From contig OZ025659.1 of NCBI GenBank assembly GCA_964019335.1, positions 186,001-250,000 on the forward strand: DNA of 64,000 bases, in the 5' to 3' direction. This stretch comes from Diplonema japonicum (lineage: Eukaryota > Protista > Euglenozoa: Diplonemea). Positions 45,927 to 56,818 of this stretch are shown here, one piece after another. Numbering within the stretch: the first letter of the stretch is position 1; every line of letters starts with the position of its first letter. A model generated the notes under the pieces. It saw only the letters and a list, made by a program, of their open reading frames with translations. It searched no databases and was not told the DNA's origin. The position numbers and the translations under genes were made by a program.

Positions 45927-47659
45927 CCCATAAACGCCCGCGCGGACGTTTTTGTCCTTATTTCAAAATTTGCTTTTTCGCTAAGTACTTTTTTTTGAAC
46001 ACGGCCCCTGGACTTCAAAATATGGCATTGTTGCGCGGTTTTGTCTTGAAACTACATTTTGCGTTAAAACCGGCAGGCTTAAAATGAAATCAGATGGTCA
46101 AAATAGCAGCGAAAACGTGAGTCTCCCCCGACTGGTCAGATAAAGAAGAAAAAGACGATGAGGCGGTCAAAGAGGGGCCGGAAACGATGCTTGGGTGGGA
46201 GAAATACTCCCAAAGGCCTGAAACATATCATTTCCGTGAAAAGGTGGGCTTTGGGCACCTCTAGGTGAAGCGGCCAATGAGGAGGGTGTTTTTAATCTTT
46301 TTTTTACACACGCGGTACTTGAGCTCATAGTTTCTTCCACGAACGGTCGTTTCGGTTCAAAAAAACAGCGGAATCTGAATCTTTCCATCCCAGAGTACAA
46401 AATTTGGCTTGGGTTGGTCCTGTTAATGGGTTTACGCCCGGCACCGAATATGAAGAGCTACTGGACAACAGATTCTATTTTAGCCATCCCGGCTTTTGAA
46501 AATGAGCAAACCGATTCATTGACATACAGCGCTACCTCACCTTTGACAACCTGGAAAACATCAGTAAGGCCTGAAACTGCGCCTCATGCGCAGGTTTCTT
46601 GACATCATTGTCAACCGGTGTAGGACTGTGCGGACCCCTGGCAAGTGGTTGTCTGTTGAAGACAGTGTTATCCCGACAACAATAAAAGTCATGACACCAC
46701 GAAAAAACAACTCGGTGGGCATCAAGGTAATCGCTACATGCGACTCATCAAACGGTTACCTGGCGAATTTCAACATTTTCAGCAAGAAGTCCACAACACA
46801 GGACCTAGACATGCGTACTGTCGACTCCTATGGGTTTGCTGTCGACCCCTGACCGGCAAGACTAGCTCCAGGGGACTGGAGTTCGGCATATGAAAACCCG
46901 GAAGTAGTTGTTATTTATTGGGTTCTGGAAAGCTGTGTTGCCAACTCCTCCATAATCTGGAAGAAGAGCAGGGAATGTGGAAAAAATTATGGCTTCCCGA
47001 GCTTCAAAGAAGAACTTGTTGGCAAGCTTCTCACCCATGCCCCAAAAACCGATAGCACACACCCCTGACAACACCGTCACCGACCCCCAAGCGCAAACAC
47101 GCTAGCAATGAGGATTCCCTCACTCAGAAATACCCAAAACGTCTCGATTTGACCCTAAATCACACCTCCGAGACCATGTTGAACGGAACGAAGGTGAGGA
47201 GGGTGCTCTGTGCTGTTCCTGGGTGCGGGAAGAAGGTGCAAACGTGGTGCCCTGTTGCAAAACCCCCTTATGCAAAACGTGTTTTTTACCCTTGCATGCT
47301 ACCCCAGCTGGAAAAAAAAAACTCACAAGTTGCTTTTTTCATCTCGCAGCCCAAAAAGTCTCCAGACTGACCTCAATCCTAGAGTTCAGGGCACCAAATA
47401 GGGCTGAATGCTGCCCTATTTAGCCCAGCCATAACTCCCCACGACCCCCCAAAATCGGACATAAAATGTACCCCCTCAACCCCCCTCTTACACACATGTT
47501 AAGTGTTCTCATCTGAATCTGGCACCTGGAATTGAAAATTTTAGTACCGTTTACCCTTTCCTTGCACCTTCCTATGGTTGCATGTTGCCCTTTTTTTGAG
47601 GATTTAAAGCAACAACGAAAATGGGGGGGTACCGTAGATAGGCTCCGGGTGTTTAGGGG
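45927..47659 (+). mobile_element. piggyBac-like element, family 2, internally deleted copy, ATAA TSD
   Basis: TIRs CCCATAAACGCCCG / CGGGTGTTTAGGGG; ATAA at 45923-45926 and 47660-47663; homologous to 36710-38876 with a ~400-bp deletion of the core. Confidence 0.92.
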
Positions 47660-47753
47660 ATAAGTGTTAAAACAAAACAAAACAAAAAAAAAACACACAA
47701 AACACAAAATAAGAAGGGAAAAGTATAAAATAGCTAGTTCAAGATAAAAACAA

Positions 47754-47792
<39 letters not shown>

Positions 47793-47831
47793 TTTTGACT
47801 GTAACTACGAAAAGCGAATTCGACAAACGAC

Positions 47832-49526
47832 CTAACTAGTACATTCACCCAATGTGCTGCTACACGGGGGGAGGAGACCCATACAAGCGTAGCCAGAGGA
47901 GGGAGGTGGCAGGGAGTAGTTGAGAAGAAGCGGGGGAGGCTCTGTGACCGCGTCCAAGATATCATAGAGAAGCTTTCGAGGAATATCACCTGCCGTGCAA
48001 GCATGCAAGGGCAGAACATGCGTGCAGACAAAACCAGGCTCTCCTGCAGCAACTGCAACCGAAGCGAGTTGACTCCAACCTGTAAGACCATCTTCGGCAG
48101 CAAGTGACATGGCCGACACAGCAGTGTCCAGGTCACCATGCAACGTACACACCTTGATCCACGCCTCAAGGTGTTCATGGCCTGGTGTTACTTTTAACCG
48201 CCGCATTTCACTCCATACAGCATAGCCCGAAAGGGGAACGCCTTTCTCCAACAGGTACACAAATATTTTGTTGTGGAGAACTTTTTTTCCGGTCTCGATT
48301 TTCAGGGATTCACGGTAAGCCCTCACAGCGGCTGGGAAACCATGCGCCTCACCACTGCTTCTAATGATGTAGTACCAAGCAAGGTGGTCGATTTGAATCT
48401 TTTCCCGAACCATGACATTTTTCACGTCCTCCACAAGCCAGTGGAGGGACAACCTCCCTCCGTAGTTAAGAATCGGCGTGAAAGCATAGCAAGAGAAAGG
48501 GAGAACGCCTTGTTTGTTGAGGTGGAGGAGAAGCTGCAAAGCCTTTTGCGGTCGATGATTTCGGGCGAGGATCGCTATAGCTGTGACATGTGTTTTCTCG
48601 GCTGGGCTGTGCTTCTCACACATTCGGTCATATATTTTCTGGGTTTCAGAAAGGGTGGTCGCGCGTCGGACGCCATCACACCTTCCCAGCAATGCGGACA
48701 ATGCTCCGTCTTGAAGACGTCTTCCTTCGTTTTCAGCGTTTTGCAGAATTTGCATTGGGGTAGAGGTTTGAAGATTCATGTCGTGATCGGTGGGTCTTTC
48801 AGTTGTAAATTCCCACGATTTAAACAACGGTTCGGTCTCTTTTAGTTTCCGCCTCTGCGTTTGGACCCGTTGTTTTCGCAACTTTCGACGGTACGATCCC
48901 TTGTTGATCCACGTCTTCAACTCTGCACACGCTGCTAGTACTTTGTCTGTATAGACGCGCTCCACGAAAAACCAGGTTTTCGTGTTAGGTTTAGAGTGCA
49001 TCCACATCGGAAGGCGGGAGTAAATGGGGGTTTTTTTGATGTCGTTTTTGGTGGTTTTGTGTTTCCATATTGGTGAGGGGGTGTATCTACAAGAGAGGCC
49101 TTTGTTTGTTCGTTTTTTTCCGGCCAGCGTATTGAACACACTGTCTAAGATTCTCCCTGTCGACGTGCCTGCGATGTAATGAGGTTTGTAGGAAAGCTCT
49201 GTTGTGTCGTGGTGAACCGGCACCTCTGAAGGTTGTCTTGAATCTGAATGTGTTTCGAGGTCAGAAACTCCGGCAAAGACCTCGTTTCCCAACGTTGTCA
49301 TTTCCTCTCCCTGAGCCCTCAATCTGGTCACTATACTGTCTGTTGCCTCCCATCTCTTCCATTTTTCGCCTTCTGTGTCTATGTTGTTCACAAGTTCGAT
49401 CAAATTCTCCACCACCTTCTTCTTCTCCCTGTTTTTAAGCGGGTCAATCTCGACATCAATCGCCTTTCCTGGGAGGAAATCCAACGTAACTACCGGCCTC
49501 AACCGGACAGGATGTCTTCTGAACAT
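47832..49526 (-). CDS. pentatricopeptide-repeat-like protein, probably mitochondrial
   Basis: Arg-rich N-terminus (MFRRHPVRLR); ~35-aa helical repeats (THVTAIAILAR.., AFTPILNYGG.., AWYYIIRSSG.., HLEAWIKVC..). Confidence 0.6.
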   Translation of the reverse strand: MFRRHPVRLRPVVTLDFLPGKAIDVEIDPLKNREKKKVVENLIELVNNIDTEGEKWKRWEATDSIVTRLRAQGEEMTTLGNEVFAGVSDLETHSDSRQPSEVPVHHDTTELSYKPHYIAGTSTGRILDSVFNTLAGKKRTNKGLSCRYTPSPIWKHKTTKNDIKKTPIYSRLPMWMHSKPNTKTWFFVERVYTDKVLAACAELKTWINKGSYRRKLRKQRVQTQRRKLKETEPLFKSWEFTTERPTDHDMNLQTSTPMQILQNAENEGRRLQDGALSALLGRCDGVRRATTLSETQKIYDRMCEKHSPAEKTHVTAIAILARNHRPQKALQLLLHLNKQGVLPFSCYAFTPILNYGGRLSLHWLVEDVKNVMVREKIQIDHLAWYYIIRSSGEAHGFPAAVRAYRESLKIETGKKVLHNKIFVYLLEKGVPLSGYAVWSEMRRLKVTPGHEHLEAWIKVCTLHGDLDTAVSAMSLAAEDGLTGWSQLASVAVAAGEPGFVCTHVLPLHACTAGDIPRKLLYDILDAVTEPPPLLLNYSLPPPSSGYACMGLLPPCSSTLGECTS

Positions 49527-49787
49527 TTATTCCCTCCCTCCCGCTTCCCCTCTGCGAGGTGGTGTAAAAAGAAAGAAAAATTTAAAAAAAAAAAAGAGAA
49601 AAACAAGAAAAGGGGGGTGTTTACAATGTAGAGAGAAAGGGTGGGGACAAGAAAGCAGTCTAATATATTGGCATGTTGTTTGGAAGAAGAAAAGAGGAAA
49701 ACTTTACAAAAAAAAAAAAAAAACTAAAAAGAAAAAAAGGGGGGGGGGTTTAAATCTATCTAAAAATGGGGGAGAACAAAAAAAAAT

Positions 49788-52469
49788 CTAGATTCTGAGC
49801 TTCCAAGATTTCTTGGTGGGCCTTGGTTCGGTTTCGTGAAAGTGGGGGAGCTGGGGCTGCGGTTCGTCGCAATAGTGCCTTGCCCTGCGATGGGTTCTAG
49901 AGTTTACAGGGATGAAAGGGGATGGGTCGGGAGCGCAGTGCATCTCCATGTCCACGTCAAGGAGGGGGGGAGCAAGCACAGGCGCACTGCGAAGAGTCGC
50001 ATCGATGGGGAGAACGGGGCTTGGCGACGGCTCCACAAGAGCTTCCCTCTGTTTCTCTTGAAGCTTCCTCTTCAGCTTGGCGTTCATCGCCATGAGCTTT
50101 TCCACCTTCTCCCTCATTGTCTCTGACTCGCAGTTCCTGGCGGCCTTCTCCCTCAGTTTTGCCAGCTCCGCTCTCTGCTCCATCGCCTCCGTTTTTATCT
50201 TCCTCCTCTTCTCCTCCTCCTCCACTTTTCCAACCCTAAGCTCGTCCATTTCCTCACACCTCTCCTTCTCAGCCTGCCTCAACCCCATCAACTCTTCGTT
50301 CAGGTGCTCTACATCGTCTTCCAGTCTTTCCTTGTCCTGATTTATTTATTTTTTTAGAAGAAAAGAAGAAGAAAAAAAAAGTGAATTTACCTTCTTCAAG
50401 CTCTTCAGTTCCTTAGACAGTTTTACAGTTTTCTCGGCTTCCTTCTTGTATCTTGACACGTCTTTGCTTGCCTTCTGAAGCTGTTTTGACACCGATTTCA
50501 GCTCGTCCGCTTTGTCCTGTAAAAAGATTTTTGTTGTAAAAAGAAAAAAAAAAAGAAAAAAAAAAACCTGAAAGGCGTCTTTGTGCTCTTCGCAATGCGC
50601 GCTGAGTTCCATGAGCTTTGCTTTGAGCTCCTCGATCTCGATCCCCTTGCTGGTGGCTTCAAGCTCGACGCAGTCGTATTCGTCTTCTTTCTGCGCCATG
50701 AGGGCCCGCATCTCTTCAAGCTGCAGGCTTCCCTCCTTAAGCGTCTCGGCATAGGTTTGCATCTCACGAAGCTCTTGGTCCCTGTTCTCCAACTGGCGTT
50801 GGATGGCTGCCTTTTCCGAGTCCTTTTCAGCAACGAGCAGGCCGAGCGACGCGGCTCTCTGTTCCGCTAGCTCGTGGATCTCCACGTGGCGTGACCGGGA
50901 CAAGCGTGCCAGTCTGAGAGCTTCCTCCTGTTCACTGTTGTGCTCGGAAGCTTTCATCTGGGCGGTCAGCTCCTCTATCTGTTCCGCGTGTTCTTCCCTC
51001 AGTTCGTCCATCGCCACTTTAACGCTGATCATCTCCTCCCTCAGAGCCTTCTTCTCTTCCCGCACGATGTTCAGCTCGCTCTCTAGCATCATGATCTCGT
51101 CGTTGGCACGTGTGGTCTCCTTCTTCAGCTGCCTCGCCATCGTGTCGATGTACTCCTTGTGCTCTTCTTCGAGCTTCTTCCCCACCTCTTCGATTGTTTG
51201 CAGGTTTTCTTGCAGTACTTCCTGCTGTCTCTGATGACGGTCCGACGACAGTCGTTTCTCCTCCAAGCGCATTCGCAACTCTGCTGCCTCCTCGCCTGCT
51301 AGGAAGAAGTTCCTCGCTTCCTCTTCTGCTTCGTCACACCTCCTCTTCAGGTTTCCCATGTCGTGGGTTCTTTGTTCCATGAGGAGCTCCTTTTCCTCAC
51401 GTTCTCTTTGCATGTCTGCGATCATGGCGTCGCGTCTTGATGTTGACATCCTCGCGTGGGCCAAGCTCTCGCTGATGAGTGCGAGCTGTTCCTTTTGCTC
51501 TTCGAAGAGAGCAGCGGATTTGACGGCCACGGCAGCGTGCTCCGCCACCATGGACAGCTCGATGATGCGTTTTTCACGTTGTTCTAGTTCGGTTTCAAGC
51601 GCGACGGCTTTGTGTTGTTCCTCAACCTTGTCCTCGAGGGATTTTGTTAGTTGCTCTTCAAGAGCCAGGCAGCGTTGGATCTGCTGCTCGATGACCGCGT
51701 CGCGCTTTGTAGCGGCTTCCCTTGACTCTGCTTGAAGGGCTTCCAGTTCGTCTAATTTGGCACTTTTTTCCTTTAAACGATCAGACTCCTTTTTGGCACG
51801 GTCAGCTAAGTCATGGCACAGCCTCTCCGCATCGTGGAGGGATTGCATGGGACCTACGCTGAGCCTGGCGGAGGCAATACGCTCGTTGATAAGGTCGACC
51901 GCATGCTTCATTTGTGCTGTGGCAGCCTCGTTTTGAATGCAGAGGCCTGTGAGCTGCGAGGTCAGAACTCCATTTTGCGCCTCAAGATCTGCGATTTTTG
52001 CGTTTTTAACGCTGTTCGCGTCCCATGCTTTCTTTGCCTCGGCCTTGTTCCATTCCAGTTCTTCTCTCAGAGAGGCGATCTCAGCTTGGATGTTTTGGTT
52101 GTGGGGTTGAGCTTGACCCTGGCCCAGAACGTTTGTGAACATCTGGCTTTCTTCTTCAAGTTGGACAGCCTTGTTTTTATGACGGAAGCAGGACAGCCTT
52201 GCCTTGGTGAGCTGTTGTTCCAGGTTGTGTTCTCTTTGGTTGTGCCTGCCGCAACTCATTCTCGCTTCTTGCAGCTGCTTCAGGACCTTCACAGCATGTT
52301 CTTCGCCGGTTGCCTCTGCTGTTTTGATTTGATCTTGTGTCAGCTTGGTTTTCTCATTCTCTACTTCCATGACAAGCGTTTCATACTCATCCCTCAGGTC
52401 GTGTGCGACTTTCTGCGCGCGCAGTGTGGCGTCACGCTCCGCTCTCAGCTGCTTCAGCTCCTCATTCAT
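49788..52469 (-). CDS. long coiled-coil protein (introns 50517-50567, 50337-50390)
   Basis: E/K/Q-rich heptads; GT-AG introns join ORFs 50346.. and 49788.. Confidence 0.8.
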
Positions 52470-52675
52470 GTTAATTTTCACCCCCTTCCTTTTTTTTTGT
52501 TGGGTTTTTTTTTCTGGGTTTGGGAAAAAAGAATTAAATAAAAAGAAAACCGTTTGATCGTCTCTTTTTTTTCCCCTTTACTATGTCATGACGAGAGGGG
52601 ATGGGTTGGGGGAGGGGGGGCGTAAGATATGAAAGAACAAAAAAAAAAAAAAAAAAAGAAAAAAACCAAGAGAAT

Positions 52676-53482
52676 CTAATGCCTCTTCTTACCCTGGCGG
52701 GACTTGGCGATGGTGGTGATTTTCGTCTCACGGTCCTGGGCAAGGGGAACACGGACACCGCTGCCCTTGGGGAGCTCAGTGAGGAGGTCGGACAGGGACC
52801 TACCGACAATGAAAATGTTACCCTTGCGGGTGGCGAAGGTGTTGCCGTTGGAATCCTTAACGTGGACGATGTCGAAAGAGCCAGGGTGGCGCTCAACGTC
52901 GACGATCTCACCCACACGACCAGTGTTGGCACCACCGGTGACCATACAGGCCGCGCCTGCCTTGAACTTAACGAAGTCCTTAACGGAACCCTTGGTGAGG
53001 TCAACAACCACTGAGTCGCTCACGCTGATGAGCGGGTCAACAAACCTGAGAGTCCTTCCGTCGTGTGTGGACATCGACGGCACACCGTTGGGTGCGGTGT
53101 ACACCTTCTTCACCTTGCAAAGCTTCTCGGTCGAGGCATCAGTCTTGTTCAAGACGAACCTCCCCTTCACATCGAACATCACCCTGAAGTTCAGTCCCGT
53201 CTTCGGGAGAGAGACCATGTCCATGAAACCCACAGGGGTCTTGGGGTCCGTCCTCACCCTCCCGTCGACTTCCACCAGCCTCTGCTTCGTGATCATCATC
53301 GCCTCGCCTCGTGTCAGGGCGAACCTCAGCCTGTTCCTCAGAACCAGGATCAACGGCAGACTCTCCCTCCCAGCGTGCGCGCCGGGTCTGCTCTTCGGTG
53401 CGAACACACCAGCCAGCTTGTCCATCATCCAGTGCTTGGGCGCTGCCAGCCTCTTCATGTGCTTCTTAGGACCGCGGACCAT
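52676..53482 (-). CDS. RPS4: 40S ribosomal protein S4 (eS4)
   Basis: MVRGPKKHMKRLAAPKHWMMDKL; ERHPGSFDIVHVKD..FATR. Confidence 0.97.
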   Translation of the reverse strand: MVRGPKKHMKRLAAPKHWMMDKLAGVFAPKSRPGAHAGRESLPLILVLRNRLRFALTRGEAMMITKQRLVEVDGRVRTDPKTPVGFMDMVSLPKTGLNFRVMFDVKGRFVLNKTDASTEKLCKVKKVYTAPNGVPSMSTHDGRTLRFVDPLISVSDSVVVDLTKGSVKDFVKFKAGAACMVTGGANTGRVGEIVDVERHPGSFDIVHVKDSNGNTFATRKGNIFIVGRSLSDLLTELPKGSGVRVPLAQDRETKITTIAKSRQGKKRH

Positions 53483-53632
53483 TTTTTTTTAATGACTAAG
53501 AAACCTGTTTTTTTTCGAGAACAATTTGCAATGCATTGGGGGAGGAAAAGAGAAAAAAAAAAAGACTTGGGAAAGCCTTTTTTTCCTCGATTTTGTGCGT
53601 CCTTTTGAAAAAACACTTTTTTTCCAGTAGAG

Positions 53633-54187
53633 TCAAATGGGAGGGGTGAACTTCCTGTGGATGTCCCCGTCCAGTGTCATCTTGTTGAAGGCGTCGTAGT
53701 CGATTGCGGCACAGTCCTCGTACAGCGAGTTTTCGCGTAGAACTGCGTCCACCACGTTTTCGACCTGTGAAGCTGTGAGGGAGGAACCCACGATGATGCT
53801 TATAGTCGAGGCAAGGTCGTCACGGCTGAGTAGGCCATCGTGGTCGGCATCCCAGAGGCGGAAGGCGAAGTGAGCCTTATCGTCCTTTGGTGTCGATTCA
53901 GCGAAGATAGAGAGGGCCTTAAGAAATCCAGTGAAGTCGAGTCTTGCGGGGCCCTCCAGCACGCCCAGAATACGTTCCTTCAAAGGGTGCACGTTCATCA
54001 CCCCGAAGTCCAAGGCCCTGCGCTTCTCAATAGTCCCCTCTTCGTCTGCCCCCATGCTGCAAAATTCCTTCCACAGCTTCGAGATTTGCTGTTCGTCAAA
54101 CATGGTTGCCATGTTGTACTCCTCTAGTTTGTCCCTTGTTAGCACTTCTTCCGAGCCCTCTGCCTCCTGGCTCCATAAACCGCCCAT
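53633..54187 (-). CDS. calcineurin-B/CIB-like EF-hand protein, predicted N-myristoylated
   Basis: MG...S N-terminus; KAHFAFRLWDADHDGLLSRDDL. Confidence 0.8.
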   Translation of the reverse strand: MGGLWSQEAEGSEEVLTRDKLEEYNMATMFDEQQISKLWKEFCSMGADEEGTIEKRRALDFGVMNVHPLKERILGVLEGPARLDFTGFLKALSIFAESTPKDDKAHFAFRLWDADHDGLLSRDDLASTISIIVGSSLTASQVENVVDAVLRENSLYEDCAAIDYDAFNKMTLDGDIHRKFTPPI

Positions 54188-54499
54188 TTAAAGGGGGAGG
54201 GGAACAAGGGGGGCAAGAAACTATTGAGATGGTTAACCGCGCAAAAATACAAAATTACTTTTTTATTTTTGTTTTTGGCCTTGACCCTTGTCGGCTTACT
54301 ACCGTACGAAGTACGTATATTCCCCCCAGATTCTTGCTACATCTCAATCACAGTGCCTTGTTGTGGTGCACTACATGGCCCACTATCAAGTCACGCTTTT
54401 CATCAATGTTATATCACGTTGACGTGGTCTCAAACTTATTTACCTGTTTCCCCCCTTAAACGCTGACTTCATTATTTATTTATTTATTTATTTATTTAT

Positions 54500-55200
54500 T
54501 ATTTCACTCTTCAGAAATTACTTCACGCACTGGGGGGCCCATTACTTCACGCTAAATCTCATTACTTCACGCTAAATCTCATTACTTCACGGTGAAATAA
54601 TGGCCTGTTTTCCGTGAAGTAATAGGGGGTTTCCGTTAAATAATATGCCTCGGTAGGCCAATTTTTGCCTCGGTTCGGTTCCCAGTGGGGCTACTTTTTC
54701 CTCTCAGTTTGCTATTTCCCCCCAGGTTCAGCTCAATTGGCCAACTTTTGCCTCGGCTCAGTTCCAAGTTGGACTACTTTTTCCTCCCAATTTGCCCACT
54801 TTTGGCTAGGCCTTGTTCCCAGTTTCTGGGGGTAACTCTTCTGTGGGTAAGGGTAACTTAGTCAGCTTACCCAAGCTCCCCAAATGACTTCAAAATACCG
54901 AAGCAGCAGAAAAAAAGGAGCCAGCGGCCGTGCCAGGTATGGGAAGGCCTGATTAGAGATGGTGACAGTGGCAATGCCAGCGACAGCGGCAGCTCTTAGT
55001 CAACAAAAGGAGGGAAAACAACTTGTATTGTAACCTTTGTAACCCCTCTCTTGTTGTACCCCTTGTCACCCTGTTGTGCCCCTCGTGGTGAAGTAATTTC
55101 AGAGTGTCGTGAAATAAAACCACTTACCTACCGCCAAGTAATGCTTTACCGACCTCGAGGTAACGGTAAAGTCATTACTTGTTGGCAGTAAATAGCTATT
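54500..55200. mobile_element. non-autonomous repeat with ATTACTTCAC subterminal arrays and a terminal palindrome (possibly Crypton-like)
   Basis: ATTACTTCAC x4 (54518-54590), inverted GTGAAGTAAT copies, ~83-bp internal duplication 54656-54800, 47-nt hairpin 55135-55181; both ends recur at 33212-33516. Confidence 0.6.
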
Positions 55201-55248
55201 GTTGAAACCTGGTTGTATAAAAGCTGAGAAGGGGGAAGAGAAACAAAG

Positions 55249-56511
55249 AAATGGAAGAGAAAAGCTGTAGTTGACCATCCTCAGATGGTCAGAAAGGAAG
55301 CAAAAAGAAAAGCTTGATTTTCACACACATACACAAGAATACGAGCGAGCGAAGTTTTTGCACTCGTTGTTGCTGATCGTGCGCAGAGAGGGGGGGGAAG
55401 GGAGGGGACAGGGGGGGTATGGTTGAGAGGGAGAGGCGTCATATAAATAAAACTTCACGTATCGCTGATTTCTTTTTTTTTTCTCTTTTTTTTTTCTAAA
55501 CTTTCTGACAAAAAGCTTAGTCAGGATACGACGGATTTACAGGCCACGACTATGACACCTTCCAAGAAGGAGCGTTGGGGGATAAAAAAAAAATTCACCA
55601 CTACTATGATGGGGGAGAATGTGCTTGCAACGACTCAAAGTGACGTGGTGTTTCTGGGGAGGAGGAGGAGCTTCGCTGCAAAAGAAACCCCAAATTCTTT
55701 TCGCAAAATTTGAGTTACTGTTCGCGAAGAAAATACTGAGCCCCAGATTTTTTTCCAAATTCAAGCGAATTTTGAAAAAAATGTTGCCCAGACAAATATC
55801 ACAGAGGGCAAATTCCCGTGCCCCCTCTTTTTTTTTTTTTTTTTTTTTTTTTTCCTCTTCATTCACTGCATTAAAAAAAAGGGGGGGGGGGAGGAGTACT
55901 TGGAAGAAACTGTCAATGGAGGTGACGTTGGTGAAGACTGCCGCCTCGTCATCCGCTTGAAGTGGGACAAGACCCAGGAAAGAGACCGGACCCATGCACG
56001 ATGACTCTCGGCGCTCGGTGTTGACAAAGTACATGCCCAACAAACGAGGGGGTAACCAAAGTGGGAGGGTGGAGAGTAATGAGAAGGGGGAACAGAGAAG
56101 GGGAAATGGGAAAACAACAACCCACCGCAGCAGCATGCCCACTGAGCAGCTGTGTGGTACCTTTCTTGCACTCAGAAATACGTTGAAGAGAATGAGATAA
56201 AAAAAAGAGAAAAAAAAGGTGGGGGAAAAACTTAAGGCCCTTCTTCTTCTTCTTCTTCTTCCAGTGCTTGGGGAACAAAACGGGGCATGGTGAACCATCC
56301 TAATTTCCTTTGATTCTGGCTAGAAATAGGCAAGAAAAATCCACCTGCTTTGAGAACGAGGAAGTCCACCTCCCCCTCCCCCAAACACTGTTTCTCTTTA
56401 TTCTTCTTCTTTTGTCTCCAAAAAGACTCAAGCAGGCCTTCCGACAGGCCAAGAGAAGAACACGAGAGGGGTGTAGCCTTCAGTTTAGCAAATTCCTTTT
56501 CTTTCCTTTCC

Positions 56512-56546
<35 letters not shown>

Positions 56547-56613
56547 AAGACAGAGGACGAAGGAAGAAAGGATGCTGGGGTGAAATAATCACCTGCACAC
56601 GGTGCTGCTTCTT
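55249..56613. repeat. 1365-bp direct repeat, copy 1 (identical to 59561-60925)
   Basis: Identical ORF translations at a constant 4312-bp offset. Confidence 0.95.
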
Positions 56614-56818
56614 TTTCTTTTCTTTTTTTCTTCTTTTGATGTTATTGCAGGGGAAATGGGGAACTTAATTGAACACTTGAAACCTGCCTCTTACCCGTTT
56701 ACCTCGAAGTTTCAGCATTTCTTTCTCTTTTTTTTTCTTTTTTAATACCACAGTACGAGGGGGCCGGGGTTAAAAACCATATCATTAATAATGGTCCGAC
56801 GAACACGGATCATTGTTC

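Noticed and set aside
54518-54600. Regularly spaced ATTACTTCAC repeats as a CRISPR array
   Set aside because: 10-bp repeats, two identical 10-bp spacers, eukaryotic context, no cas genes
55537-56298. 253-aa ORF duplicated at 59849-60610
   Set aside because: Runs through homopolymers (poly-K/F/R); identical only because the spacer is duplicated
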